Shown here piece by piece: positions 1-12,599 of a stretch of 64,000 nt of DNA (position 1 is its first letter; every line of letters begins with the position of its first letter). The stretch spans positions 280,602 through 344,601 of the forward strand of contig NW_005201223.1 of the NCBI RefSeq assembly GCF_000372725.1, written 5' to 3'. This DNA comes from Emiliania huxleyi CCMP1516. Lineage: Eukaryota. A model generated the notes under the pieces. That model saw nothing but the letters and a program-made list of their open reading frames with translations. It ran no database searches and was not told where the DNA came from. Made by a program: the position numbers and the translations under genes.

Positions 1-19
1 ATCTCGAACACAAGACTTC

Positions 20-82
20 GCACGCACAAGGGAAAACTGCGTACGCACAAGGGAAAACTGCGTACGCACAAGGGAAAGCGTA
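20..82. repeat. 21-bp tandem repeat, about 3 copies
   Basis: cgcacaagggaaa recurs at 23, 44 and 65. Confidence 0.85.
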
Positions 83-643
83 TGCACGATGGCACTGTGG
101 AAGCACATGCCGACAAAAAACCTATTGGAGCAAACCCTCGGCAGCGGCGCTGTGGGGCACCGACAGGATTGCCTGGGCGAAGTATACATTCATCGGTGGC
201 ACGCGTACCACAACCAGTACGCGATCAATAGCACCAAAAGGCACAGGCCTGGCGCCGACTGCCAGAGAAGTGGAGGGCCGGCGCTCAAAGCGGTCGGCGA
301 CTTGCGGTTGGGCGACGGTATCGGGAGAGGGAAGAAATCGGCCGCTGAAGGCGCCTCGCACGCCAGCTCGTACTCGGCGATGGAAGACAAGCTGGAGGTG
401 CCGCCGCGCGTCAATCGGGGCGAGAGGCTCATCTCAAGCCAGGCGGAGCATTCGCTGCAGTGGCTCTGCACGAGATGGCCAGCGAGACGCGCTCATCCCC
501 CTCTGTTTCGCTGAAATTGCGGGAAAGAAGAAATAAAAAGAAAAACGTGCGAGGGATGCAAACCAGCTTAAATTCTTTTCCCCTCAACAGCACCGGCATC
601 AAGCTGGTGCTGGGCCGGTAGACTGCCAGCTAGCCCAACCGCC

Positions 644-3484
644 ATGCCAGCGCCAGTGCCAGCAGCGCCGAGCCACGACGAGGCCTATATCGATCCACGC
701 CTCGTCATTGAGCGGCTCAGTAGCCTGTTGAACGATGAGTACGTCGAGACGGACGAGGCCATCGGCCCTCGCGTTGCGGCGTTCGCGGCGGCGGTGGAGC
801 AGCTGTCGAGGCTGGGCAGCCAGATCGAGCGGATGCGCGACGCCGCGGCGGAAACGAGAGACGCCCACTCCAACCTCGCCAGCCTCACCAGCGCAAGCGC
901 CGATGCGCTGGCGCCACCGCGCCGCGCCGATGGAGGCGAGCCGATGGCACCCTCGATGCAAACGTACGCCGAGCCGCAGCCGGCGCTGGAGGCGCAGGCG
1001 CAACACCTCTCGGAGGCGCTCGACCGCTTCCTCAACGGCACGGTCGGCCAGCTGCGCGGCCTGAGCCTGGTCGTCTCGAACAAGTACAAGGCGTACTGCA
1101 ACAAGACAGTGGAGCTCCGCCGCCGCCGCGCGCAGCTACAGCTGATGGTGACGCAAAAGGAGCGCGCCGACCTGCGCAGCCTCGAGCGGTCCCTCGTCCC
1201 GCCCGCGTCGCGCGCGGGCGAAGCCTTCGAGACGGAGATGGAGGGGCCGGTGCGGCCCATGTTCTCCTTCTCCCTCTCCCTCTCCCTCTCCTCGACCTTC
1301 CTCCCTCCCCCCTCTCCCTCTCCCTCTCCCCCTCTCTCTCCCTCTCTCCCTCTCCCTCTCTCCCTGTCTCCGTCTCCGTCTCTCCCTCCCCACCCACGCG
1401 TGTCGCATGGCCGCCCGAGGCCCCGTCGCCCCGCCCCGCAGCTGTTCCGCCTCTCGAGCACGACGGGCGTGTGGTGGCCTTGCTACGCACGCCTCGACGC
1501 AAAGCGGCAGATCCTCCTCTTCACCTCGAGCAAGTGGCATCTCCTAGAAGCTTCCGAGACAGTTCCTAGAAGGCCAAGTTAGCCGGGAGGCGCCGAGAGG
1601 ACACCTCACCCTCACCCGCACCCTCACCCGCACCCTCACCCGCACCCGCACCCGCACCCGCACCCGCACCCGCACCCGCACCCGCACCCGCACCCTCTAA
1701 ACCTAAATCAATCCTGGCCCTGACCCTGACCCTACCCCCAACCCTGACCCTAACCATAGGTCCGACAGACTCGCTGGCTACCTCACCGCGCCGGCAAAGG
1801 CGGTGGCGCTTTCCAGGTGCCGCCGAGATGCGCCGAGATGCGCTGAGATGCGCCTAAGCCTCCTCTGCGCCATCCTGTCAGGTACGTCCTCGCGCACGAG
1901 CCGCAGGAGGCCTTCTGGAATTGTCTAGGAAGCTTCTAGGAACTGTCAGGTACGTCCTCGCGCACGAGCTGCAGGAGGCGATCGCCGCGAAGCCGGCCGC
2001 CTTTGAGCTGGTGCCGCGACAGCCCGAGCTGCCGCCCGTCATGCTCGCGACCGACGGGTCGATGGCCACGCGCCGCTGGGTGTCGGCGCTGCAGCTCGCC
2101 ATCGACTCGCCGGCCGCCGCTGCTGGGGCCGGCGCGGCCGCCGGCGCCGGCGCCGCCGCCACGCCGAGTTCACAGGCGGAGGGCGGCGGCGAGGGCGGCG
2201 GCGAGGGCGGCGAGGGCGGGAGCGGCGCCCTCGCCGGAGTCACGGCCCGCGCCCCTTCCCCGTCCTGTCCTGCAGACCTGTCCTGGCGCCCTCCTGCAGG
2301 CACACTTGGAGGGATCATGTCCGCGCTGCCGACGCCGCTCAAGCCGCTGGCGGCCAAGCTCGAGCAGGCGATCGAGCTGTCGGCGCCCTCTCCGCCTCTG
2401 CGCTGGCCCCTCCCTCGACCTTTCGTGGAGCCGCCCCCCGCAGGCGATCGACTTCTCGGCGGCCAAGGTGGACGAGCTCGACAAGAAGTTCTCGGGCACG
2501 CTCGCCGGCCAGGCGGGCCAACTCGAGGCGCTGCTCGCACAGCTCGGGCGACGGAAGCGACGGGGCCGGCGCCTCCTAGGCGAGAGGCCGCCTCTTCACA
2601 CTCTGCCCCGCGGAGCTGTAGGCGCGACCAGGAGATGCTCGGCGAGGTGCTCCTCCCTCATTCTCGCCCCGGCCTGAGCTCGTCCTGTCTTTTCAGTTGG
2701 AGCCGGACTCTCATTCTTGGGCCGGCCAGGGGGTCCTCTCCCCCCTCGACGAGTTCGAGCATGGGGGGCCGGGCCTCCCCCCCCCGGCCCCCCCCCCCCC
2801 CCCGACACACATCCCGCCACGCCCCCGCACCAACAAAGGAGTGCGACACCCGCCCGAGCACGCGCACACGGTGGGCGGAGGGGGCGTGGAGATGGGGGCG
2901 TGGAGAGAGCGAGCCCACCGGCTCCGTGGCGTGCCCGGCATCAGGCGCAGACCACGCTCGCAGCGCAGCTCCTCTCCGTGGCAGAGGCGCAGAGGGAGTA
3001 CCACGCCGCCGCCGCCACAACCATGGGCGACCTCTGCGCGACGCTGCGCGCAAGCAGCGCCGCTTTGCCGCCCACCCGCGCCGCACGGGCGAGCCCGCCG
3101 CCGCATGGCTCCGCCGCCGCCGCCGAGCTGCCGATTGCAACAATCGCGACGATCGCGCACGACGCCGAAGACGAGGCGGAGGAGGCGCAGGCGGAGGCGC
3201 AGGCGCAGGCGCAGGCGCAGGCGCAGGCGGAGGCGGAGGCGGAGGCGGAGGCGGAGGGAGAGGAGCGGGAGGAGGCTCCGGACATCGGAATGCCGCCGGA
3301 GGAGGGGGCGGCCGCTGCTGCCGCCGCTGGACATGCGGCGGAGGAGGCGGTGGCGGCGGAGGGCGAGGGGGGCGGCGGCGGCGGCGGCGAGGGCGGCGGC
3401 GGCGATGGCGAGGTGGACGGTGGCGGCGCGAGCTCCGCAGCGGTGCTCTCGGAGGCGGCGCGAGCGGCGGGTATCGTCGACTAG
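644..3484 (+). CDS. Multi-exon hypothetical protein with coiled coil, probable PH-like domain and acidic Ala/Glu-rich tail
   Basis: ATG 644. Exon-like segments LFRLSSTTGVWWPCYARLDAKRQILLFTSSKW and AFELVP...MLATDGSMATRRWVSALQLAI resemble the first strands and last helix of a PH domain. They are separated by CT- and CACCCG-repeat introns; last exon ends at TAG 3484. Confidence 0.55.
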
Positions 3485-3540
3485 GAATGCATGGCGCATG
3501 TATTGGAAGATGCGCCTCCACACAGGCTTTCAGGAGGGGC

Positions 3541-3720
3541 TGAGTCGGCAGAAGTCACCTCTCGATCGTAGTATATATCTCGCATAGGATGGCTATAGTA
3601 TATACCTTTGGGGGAAGCCTTTCGTTCCTCTCCACACTCTCACCGACGCACACACTAGGTCACTCTACTCTCTACGTCTAAGAGTATCTCTAGTGTCTAA
3701 GATCCCAGTGCAGTTTCTCA
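3541..3720 (+). mobile_element. Possible LTR remnant with upstream polypurine tract
   Basis: Lower-GC 180-bp block bounded by TGAG...CTCA and preceded by aggaggggc; contains TATATA. Confidence 0.3.
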
Positions 3721-4031
3721 CGTCTCCGCGAGCGGCGAGCGGCGTGGTTGTGACTCAGGATGTGAGATGAGCGGATTTTTTCTGTTTTTGCGGCGTGTGT
3801 CTTTTCATGCATAAACCATATCTCTCTCATAGCATGCATCGACTCTAATTGGCTAATATTCGTCCCGGATACAAAAAACTCTTACCTGCCAACAGGGGCG
3901 GCCAGGTGTTGCGCAACGCGCGCTTGTTGGCGCTACGGCTTTATGCGCCTCGGTGCGAGCCGTGACATCCGATGCGAGCGGCCGTGCCGCGCCCAGCCCG
4001 CAGCCCCGCCCGCCCGCGGGCGAACGCGACC

Positions 4032-4604
4032 CTACTGGTCGAGGACGCGGGACGCTGTCCCGATGATGGTGTCGTACGAGGTGAACCACCGCGCCATCTC
4101 GTCCTCGCACAGCCGCCGCACCAGCGCGGTGCCGGCCGTCGCCTCCTGCCGCGAGCCGTATCGCGAGGCCGTGATCCAGCGCGGCGGCCCTCCCGGCTCC
4201 GCGGGCGCCGCCTTCATCACCAGCCGGCCAAAGTACGAGATGCCGCTGCCCGTCATCGCCTCGGCGATCCTTCGCTCGAATGCAGCGCTTGTGCCGACTG
4301 CGCGCGCCTCCTCCTCCATCGCAGCGGACCGAAACGTGGCGACCGAGTACCGCACCGACATCCCGAGCTGGTACTCCCCAAAGCGCGTGTCGTCGAGCAC
4401 TCCGCTCCCGCGGCCAAACAGGAGCGTCTCGCCCGTCGGCAGCTCCTCTCCCTCGGCAATGGCGCCGGCGAGGCACGAGTGGAACTGCCCACCTCCGGTG
4501 AGAGCGTGGTCGTTGTACCACGCGAGGAAGGCGGTCGCGGCACTGTCGTCCTCGAAGAAGGTTGAGTTGAAGACGCGGCCGTCCTCCGACTCGTGAGACA
4601 CCAT
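4032..4604 (-). CDS. Hypothetical protein
   Basis: 190-aa ATG-started ORF with normal globular composition and GC3-rich codons; no motif recognised. Confidence 0.55.
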   Translation of the reverse strand: MVSHESEDGRVFNSTFFEDDSAATAFLAWYNDHALTGGGQFHSCLAGAIAEGEELPTGETLLFGRGSGVLDDTRFGEYQLGMSVRYSVATFRSAAMEEEARAVGTSAAFERRIAEAMTGSGISYFGRLVMKAAPAEPGGPPRWITASRYGSRQEATAGTALVRRLCEDEMARWFTSYDTIIGTASRVLDQ

Positions 4605-6882
4605 GCGGAACGGGCGGGCGCTCGCCGGGAGCGCGGCTATAGCCTAGGGAAGGGGACTCGCATCTATCAGTGCGCGCTGCTTTAGGGAGTGACCTCGGCT
4701 GCCGAAGGGGCTCGCCTCTATCAGCGGGCGCATCGAGGGCTCCGGCTTGGCGACAGCGAGTGGGTAGCGCCAGTACGGCCGCCCGACGATCATTGCAGTG
4801 GTGTCGTCGACGGCGACGCGCGAGAGCGTAGAGAGCCGGCGCCGCGTCGAGAGAGAGGACAGCCGGCTATGCGAGAGCCGACACTGCATACCCGTATGCG
4901 GATCAAAGTTTCTTATGAGGCACGCGCAATCAGCGAGCTGGGAAGAGGACCGCCGCAAGCGGCGTGGCGTGGAGCGGTTGAGCATCCCTCCGGGGGCCCC
5001 TCTGCGCCGGGGAGGCGTTGTTGGAGGCTAGGACGCAAGCGTCCGTCGCCCTTTTCAAACTCGGGGCCCACTCCGCTACGCTCCGACCCGAATTTGGAGG
5101 GCCTGAAAGTTTAAGGTGTTGCTGCGCAAAAGGGGTCGGACACAGGGCGCAGCTCATGCTAAGAGCTAGAAGGGGAGCTAGAGAGAACGACTACCCTGTC
5201 CCGTTATTGCGTACACCAACACCACAAAAGCTCTCTCTCTCTCACCTCTCTCTCTCCTGTCCTCACTCAGAGCACAGAGGGGGGTCACAACTACCGAGTC
5301 TCTCGACTAGCTGCCATGTTGCTGACCGAGAGCGGATCTCCTCCTGCTCCGCAAGGAGGGTGGCCAAGGCTAAAGTCTTGCCGGAGCCGCCGGGCGTGGT
5401 TGACGACTTGGAGGAAGGTCGCCCTTGTACTTGTACTTGTAGAGATGCTCGAGGGGGTGCTTTGTGAGGCGGTGCGCAGCCAGGCCAGCAGTGAGGGGAG
5501 GCGCACCCTCACTCTCCTCGGTTGCAGAGCTCGTCGGAGGCTGCGTCACAAGCTCACAACGGGAGGGTCGCGACAGCAGTCCTCGGGCGAGCCGACGCGC
5601 ATGTCCAACCAGCGCTGGGACTCGTTGTGACGGCAGACGCCGGCTGCCTCTCCAACCGCTTCTGCAGCGTCCTTCTTTGCCCGTGCATGGGCTCGATCCG
5701 ATTCCGCAGCGTGTCGTCCCCAGCGGCGGTGCTGCGCGGGAGGCGGCCGCGGGCACGCTGGGCTCGATCAGCTTTCCCTAGCACGGATTTGGCGGACGTT
5801 CGTGGCTTCAATTTTACGAATGTCTTGGCACCAGCTGAAGGCTTGCCCGGCGCACATCACGCAGTTTCTGCACGGTATTTGGATTTTGCTATTTGTTCGT
5901 GTGGGGGTATATTGCAGATTTGTCAATGGTACCGCGTCTGCGACGCGGGCGCCTTGCGGGCAGAGCCCTTAGCCACCCTTTACATCTTGCGCGGTCAAAA
6001 TGCCGCCGCCTGTTTAGTCGGATCTTTTCTCGCGTCTCGCTGGGTCAGGAGGTACCATGTTAATGGTTCGATCCTCCCCAGAGTCGAACTGGCAGCCACT
6101 CGCACCGAGGAGGCGAGGTGTGGCTACGTGACCCGAAAAGGCCAGAGTCGAGAGCAACCCTCGACTGGGTCGCTCATATACTCAACAGGGCGGGCTTGTT
6201 CACTGGTCAAACAAACACGGGGAACCTCCCTCTCCGTCAGAGTTCGCTCCCACTGAGGCCTCCGCTTTTTATTTCGCAGAGGCCCCTTATAGCTTATTGT
6301 ATAAGGGAGAGCGAGACTCATCATTTAGAGAATGTGGGAGGACCGAGCCCGGGACCGCGTGAGCGTTGCATTTCTGCCCTCGCTCACACGCGCGCTTAGA
6401 GTTATGCGGCGCTACGGTGGAACTCGTGTTTAATTGAACAAGGCTGACCCCTACCCCTCTCGGTGGGCTTGCAGGTAGGGGGTTCGGGTAATAAGGTGCA
6501 TCGGGGTCGGCGGGCGTGAACTGGAGAGATACCCGCTTCGGCCGTTTAGTTGCGAACTCCCTTTCCCCTCGGCGGCCTTCTGTCTTGCCCCGGCTGGGTG
6601 TGTGACGGCTGCCGTTCCTTCGTCCGGCTGTTCGTACCTGTTCGTGCGTCAGGTGTGGGTGTGTTTTGGCCAGTGCCGTTCCTGCGTCCGGCTCTGGGAA
6701 CCTGTTCGACTGTTCGTGCGAGAGGTGAGTGGATGTGTGTGTGGGATTTCTGCCGTTGAGCTGTGCCGTTCCTGTGTCCGGCTATTCGTGCCTTCCGTTT
6801 TCGGACATCGGGCAGGAGATCGTGGCTCGCGCGAGAGCCGAGGGGCGGGAGACGTGGATCTCGCGTGGTTTCTGATTTCGAT

Positions 6883-6937
6883 TTGGAGCACTTGGAGCAC
6901 TTGGAGTGCAGTCATTAACCGCACATCCAGGGCCGAT
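6883..6937 (+). repeat. Dispersed repeat end (TTGGAGCAC)x2-3-GTGCAGTCATTAACCGCAC
   Basis: Related copies at 22022-22057 (+), 27452-27500 (-) and 56813-56866 (-). Confidence 0.8.
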
Positions 6938-7849
6938 TTTGGTCACTTTTCTTTTTTCTCCGTTGGGCTCAGACCCCAAAAGGCAACCCACTGATGCTGG
7001 GGAGGGTGACGCAGTGTAGTACGCAGTTCCTCACATGCGGATGGGGGAGAGGATGCCCCCGTATAGAGCCGTAGCGGCTAACTATGCGGGTGCATCCTGT
7101 CTCGCTTTGGGGGCGGTCGACGCCGTGCGGGGAGAGCGGGCTGGCCGCAGGGCGGACGCTCGCTCCCCGGGCGCTGCGGGTACGCTCGCTGGGCGGAGGG
7201 GCGCTGGCCGCTGGGCGGACGCGCCCCCTCCCCGAGGGGTGGTGCCTCTCAGAGGCGATGGTACCAGTACCACTGGTATGGTCCAGTGTGCTCTGTGTGC
7301 AGCGCTGCGCTGGCGTGCGATGCGCGCGTGCTGTGCGCGTGTGCGTGTTGGATTCGCGCGTGAGTCTGCGTGTGCTGCGCGCGCGTCGGCGTGTGCTATG
7401 CGCTGTGCTCTGCTGTGCGCCCTGTTTGTGTAGCTGTGAGGCGCAGCCTTGGCTGGGAGGGCTGCGCGGTGGGCTGCGGCGTGCTGCAGGTGGTCGTGCG
7501 CCTGCCTGATGGTGTGCGGCGGCCGCGCAGCCCGCTCGACCGGGCCGTCGGCGGCCCAGGGGGCGAGCATGCCAATGCGCGCTGCATGTGAGGCTGCTGC
7601 GCGGCTGGCGCGCAAGTTTCCGTGCGGAGAGGGACGCGCGCATGTGTTCACGCTGCGGGCGCGGGCGGGCGCGGAGGGCGGCGCGGTCTCACCGCGGTCC
7701 GTCGCCGGTTGGTCTTCGGCGTGTCGAGGGCGGGCGTGCACGAGGGCTTGCCGCCATCGCGTGCCGCGAAGGAAAAAGAATTCAAACGATGTTCACTGGT
7801 CGGAGCGGGCTTGTAGGTCGGGCTCGGGGAGCGGTGCGGTGTTCTCGAC

Positions 7850-9106
7850 ATGGCGCCCCTGGTCGGCCGCCGCGTGATCGTCGACGGCCTCTCCTCCAAG
7901 CCCGAGCTCAACGGCAGCCGCGGCATCGCGGTCGGCTTCGACGAGGACAAGGGCCGCTACACAGTCCGGCTCGATGCGGGTCCGACCATGGCGCTGAGGC
8001 CGAGCAATCTCACCGCGGACGGCTCGGCCGACGGCGGCGGCGGTGGCGGTAGTGGTGGCATGCCCGGCTTTGGAGGCGGCATGCCTGGCTTTGGAGGCGG
8101 TGGCATGCCGGCGGGCGCTGCCGCGCAGGCAGCGCAGGCGGCGAAGGCACGGCTGCAAGCGATGCTGCCTCCGGGCGTCTCGCCAGCGCAGGCCGGCGTG
8201 GCGATGCTCCTCCTCCTCTACGTCGCGCCGCGCGTTCTCGGCCTCCCACTCCCGCTCGTCCTCTGCGGCGGCGGCGCAGCCGCGTTCGTGTACCAGTCCG
8301 CGCGCGGCGGCGGCGGCGCGAGAGGCGTGGCGGATGGGCTGCGGCGAGGCGTTTCGCGCGCGGCGGCGGCGGCCGAGGCGGCGACCGGGCAGCGCGTGAG
8401 CGAGGCGCAGGCGGCCGCCCTCCTCCTCGCTGGCGGCTACATGCTCTGGCGCTTTGTGCTCCGCCCGAGCGGCGCCGGCGCCGGCAGAGGAGGAGGCGAG
8501 AGACACTTCCAAGACGCTGCCCTCGCCCCTCTCTGGCTCGCTGCGGCCGCTGCTTGCACATGCCCGCAGCTCAGTCTCCCAGTGCGCGCCCCAGTGCGCG
8601 CCCACTGACGCCTCCCCGGGGGTCAGGCGAGGGCGGCTTCGGCGACATAGAGTTCGCAGCGTACGACAAAGGGTGGAACGATGCGCTCGAGAAGCGAAAG
8701 TACGCGCCCGTGCTCGACCCGGCGGCCGCGGAGCCGCGCGCGTCGTCGTCGCGGTGGGGCCTTGGCTCCCTGTTCCAGGAGAGTCCGCCGCCGCCGCTCG
8801 CCGCTCCCTCCGCCTCTCCCTCTCCCTCTGCCTCTCCCTCCGCCTCTCCCTTTGCCTCTGCCTTTACCTCTCCCTCCCTCCCCCCCCCCTCTCCCTCTCC
8901 CTCTCCCTCTCTCTCCCCCCCCCCCCCACCCCGCACTCACGCACCCGCCCCCACCCGCGCAGCTTGCCATGGCGGGCACCCTGATCTACCAGATGGGTGC
9001 ACCGGGCGGGCAGCCGTGGAGCGCCGCGAACGCCATTGCCGGCGCACGAAACATGAACCCGATGACGCTCGTCTTCCTGCTCAACATGCTGTCGGGCCTC
9101 TTCTGA
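7850..9106 (+). CDS. Membrane protein with N-terminal SH3-like 'GLxxKPELNG' module; about 3 exons
   Basis: MAPLVGRRVIVDGLSSKPELNG...RYTVRLD...LRPSNL, GGMPGF repeats and hydrophobic helices; ends MNPMTLVFLLNMLSGLF* at 9106. Confidence 0.6.
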
Positions 9107-9396
9107 AGAAAGTTCGGCGCTCTATTCCCCGCCTCCTCCTTAGAGGGTGTCTTATTGCCGCCGCGACATGGGCCTCGAGACCGCGCGCGCGGCCCCGTGT
9201 GAGCGGTGTGCCTCAGAGCGTGGCCGGACACCGCGCGCCGCGATTCCCGTATTGCCGCGAGCTTAGTCTTGTCCGGGCACACGTACACCTCGCGTATTGT
9301 CTTCAGTGTGATCGAGCAGTTCTAGTAAAAACCACAAACCGGCCGAAACCGGTCCCACTGGCCACAGCCGCGCTAAAGTCTCGCGCTATTATCTCG

Positions 9397-9645
9397 TCAC
9401 AAGCCGCTCTGCTCTCCAAACACCTGGCCCACGAGCGCGGACATCTCGACGAACTTGAGGGTGCACTTCCGCACACATTCCTCCTCGCCGGCGCGCAGCT
9501 GGCGTGTCAGCCCAAAGTCGTCGATGCACTCGCCAAAGCAGCGGTCTGCCGCCTCGTTGACTCGCACCAGCGCTCGTCGCTCCTCGATGGCCTTCATCGC
9601 GATCAGGCTGCGCTGCGTCTCCTCCAGCGACGCCTCCTTCCACAT
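9397..9645 (-). CDS. Mitochondrial intermembrane-space small Tim chaperone (Tim10/DDP family, Tim9-like)
   Basis: 82 aa with twin CX3C motif: RCFGECIDDF...EEECVRKCTLKF. Confidence 0.85.
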   Translation of the reverse strand: MWKEASLEETQRSLIAMKAIEERRALVRVNEAADRCFGECIDDFGLTRQLRAGEEECVRKCTLKFVEMSALVGQVFGEQSGL

Positions 9646-9700
9646 CTGAGGAGGGCGGCGGCGCCTAAACGGTCGAGACCGCTGGGTGCCGAGCTGCGAG

Positions 9701-10146
9701 CGAGTTCTTTACCAGGTTGCAACCCTTGTTCCGCACTGTGCTGTGAACAGAGCACCAACCAACAGCTCTCAGGACCCCCCGGTGCTGGGGTGCTGCCAGC
9801 AACCAACCAAGTCGAGCGGAGCAGCGTCGTTCCGATGTTTCGGCGGGCACTTCTCACCTAAGTCCTTGTGGCGGGCCGCCAGGCCCGGAAGCAGATGCCG
9901 ACGAGGATCAGACACGGCGCGCTATCTGGGCTCGGAGGTCGGCAAAAAGGTTGCGCAACCGACACCAGCGACCAGGATCGTCGATCGAGGTAGGTGCACG
10001 CTGCTGAAGCAGTGCACCTACATAGTGCGGGACCTGGGGCAGCAACCAACAACCTGGATGGGGACGGGGTGCTGCTCAACCGGCGGCAAACAGCAGCGTT
10101 CACAGCCGAGTGCGGAACAAGGGTTGCAACTTGGTAAAGAACTCGC
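9701..10146. mobile_element. MITE-like element with about 48-bp terminal inverted repeats
   Basis: cgagttctttaccaggttgcaacccttgttccgcac at 9701 is the near reverse complement of gtgcggaacaagggttgcaacttggtaaagaactcg ending 10146. Confidence 0.7.
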
Positions 10147-10199
10147 GCGCTGCCTCTGGCCTCAGACCGAGAAATCCAGATGAAGTCCCGCAAGCTAGA

Positions 10200-11510
10200 G
10201 TGTCATGTCAGAGGGCGGACACTCTGAAGGCCGTAAAGGAAATACGACTCGAGGTGAGCAGCAGGCGTGGGTAGCACTAGCAGGAGAGGTCACCTGCAGA
10301 TCACCAACAATACGCCTAACACCAGTCGAGGTATCCACTCAGACATCGCGTGGAATCATCCACATCAATCATCATCACGTACTCGTACACCGCCGAATTC
10401 GGACAATGTCTAGTCCGACACGCCCGCCACATGACGCCCACAGCAGCCGCGTTGGTCGGCGCGCGCCGACGCCGACCATCACTGCAATACCAAACAACTC
10501 TAACACTCACACGTCATTTGGGGCCTGGAGCCCTGTTCACGTGCGCGCGAGACGTGCAGACAGGGTTGCCAGGTGAGAGCGAATGGCGCGGTTCACGCCT
10601 CGCACAACAGAGAGAGAGATGCGCTCTGCATGGTGGGACATAAAAGAAAGCGAGTACTTGGGCGAGTAGGCCGTGCGGTCGACGCTGCCGCGCGCGGCTT
10701 TGCGCGCGAGGCGGCGCAGCTTGAGAACGGCGGTGGGCGAGAAGCCGCCGCCGAACGTCTCGTGGAGCAGCAGGTTGAAGTTGTTGCGCTTGACAAAGAT
10801 CGCGTCGTGGTAGAAACCGCGATGCGCCTTGACGTAGCCGTGGCCGTTCTTGTGGTCGAAGGGTTGGCCGGGTTGCCCGCGCGCCTTGCAGCCCATGTTT
10901 AGGCGGCGGGCCTTCTCTTCGGTGTTGCCGAAGGCGTAGGAGTGGCCAACGGAGGCGGGCGTGCCGCCGCTCGAGGCGTTGCCAACGCCCGCCGAGGAGG
11001 TCTTGAGGAGGGGCGTCCAGAGCTTGACTTCATTCACCTCATCGCATCCTCCCGGGCCAGCGTGGGGTTCCGCGAGGTCGACCTTGTACCCCTCGTTGTA
11101 CTGCCGGGTGAGCTCTGGTTTCTCCTTGTCACCGTGCACGACCGGCGCGTTGGCCGGGGCGCGCATCGCGTCCGCCCAGGCGGCGAGGACGCCGTCGTGG
11201 GGCCGCCGGTGGTGGGCCTTGTTGTAAAGGTAGTCGCCGAAGAAATCGACTGGCATGCCCCGCTCGAGCGCAACCCGAAGGGTGGGAAGCGCCACGGAGA
11301 GCCAAAGGCCGAGCTTCCGCTGGAGCTCGTCCTGGAGGGCGTCGGAGGAGAGGGCGGTGGCGTACGTGCCGTCGACACGGACATCGAGGGCTTTGCCGGC
11401 GAAAGGCGTTGAGGCGGAGACGAAGCGCGAGGCTTCGCGGTTGTTGACGGCGCTGTCTCCGAGGGACGGGTTGTTCTTGACGTGCACATCCCGCGCCTTG
11501 ACGAGCTCCT
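10200..11510 (-). mobile_element. 5'-truncated non-LTR retrotransposon (RLE/CRE-like C-terminus plus 3' UTR)
   Basis: ORF 11487-10537: DFFGDYL..HHRRPHD (knuckle/RHD-like region), VD...EVK nuclease-like core, and LLHETFGGGFS...LRRLAR, typical of the end of restriction-like-endonuclease LINEs. Confidence 0.65.
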
Positions 11511-12369
11511 GTGGTGCGCGAACCAGTCCTTGTGATTCTTGATGGCAGCGAGCGCCCGCGGCCGCGGGTACGTGCTAAAAATCTCTCACCGCCGACCGAC
11601 GGCTCACACGGCCGTGCGGTGAGCAAAAATTTGGGTCGCTGCGCGCCTGCCGGATGCTCTGCGACGTCTGGACGCTCGCCAGAAACGCCAGGAAGCTTGC
11701 CTTCCACCCCTGGGCCCGAGGGCGAACGACACAGTGGTCGGCAGCCTCTGCGACGCTCCGATCGGCTCCTCGACCTCCATCGCCTGCGACGAGCCAGCAT
11801 GGCGCGTCGCTCGACGGCAGCCTGCTCAGTATGCTCTCGGCATTCTGTACAGCCTCGCCAGGCTCTCTGTGACGGCCTGCAGGGCCGGCGCGGACCGCCT
11901 CGGGCGCGATGGCCCTCCTCAGTACCTACCTCATTGATGCCTGTCGGCTCTCCAATCTCGCGTCGCCGGCGGCAGGCCCGCATGGCGCGCTGCTCGATGG
12001 CAGCCCGCTCAGTACGCCTTGGACAGTGACTTCTGCCTCGCAGCTCTTACTGCAGCCGCCTCCGGGACCGGCGCCGGCCGCCTCGCTTCGCCAGTGCTGT
12101 CTACGCCTGCGACACGCGTGTCGGCTCGCAGCCCGCGTCGCCCGCGGCGGGCCCGCATGGCGCGCCGCTCGTCGGGAGCGTGCCCAGCAGGCTGTGCAGG
12201 GCAGTCTGCCTCACTCAGGGCGCCGCCGCCGCTGCGCGGGGGCGCTGCTGCCGTGAACACTGCCGCCGTGTACGTCACCATCGCCTCTCTTCGTCGCCGA
12301 TCTCGCCGACGCCGCTCGCCGCTCGCCGCCGCCCTGCCCTGCCCTGCCCAGCCCTCGCACAGACAAACC

Positions 12370-12410
<41 letters not shown>

Positions 12411-12599
12411 ACACACATACACATACACACAAAAAAACACACCCTGCCCTCACTCGAGCGCCCCGCGCCCTCCCGCCCCACGCCCTGCGCCTCACGCCTC
12501 GCGTCCCACGCACGCCCCGCGCCCCGCGCCCCCACGCCCCTCACCCTGCGCCTCACGCCTCCCTCCCCACCCTCTCCGGCATTTCTGTTCTCGTCCCCG

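Noticed and set aside
89..514. Short ORFs at the window start
   Set aside because: Possibly the 5' part of a minus-strand membrane-protein gene, but too fragmentary to call.
3878..3900. CTTACCTG resembling the U1 snRNA 5' end
   Set aside because: No U1 stem-loops or Sm site follow; more likely the reverse complement of a splice donor.
5190..6800. Lower-GC region with hairpins, possibly retroelement-derived or a ribozyme
   Set aside because: No RT, RNase H or recombinase motif and no complete hammerhead core could be identified by eye.
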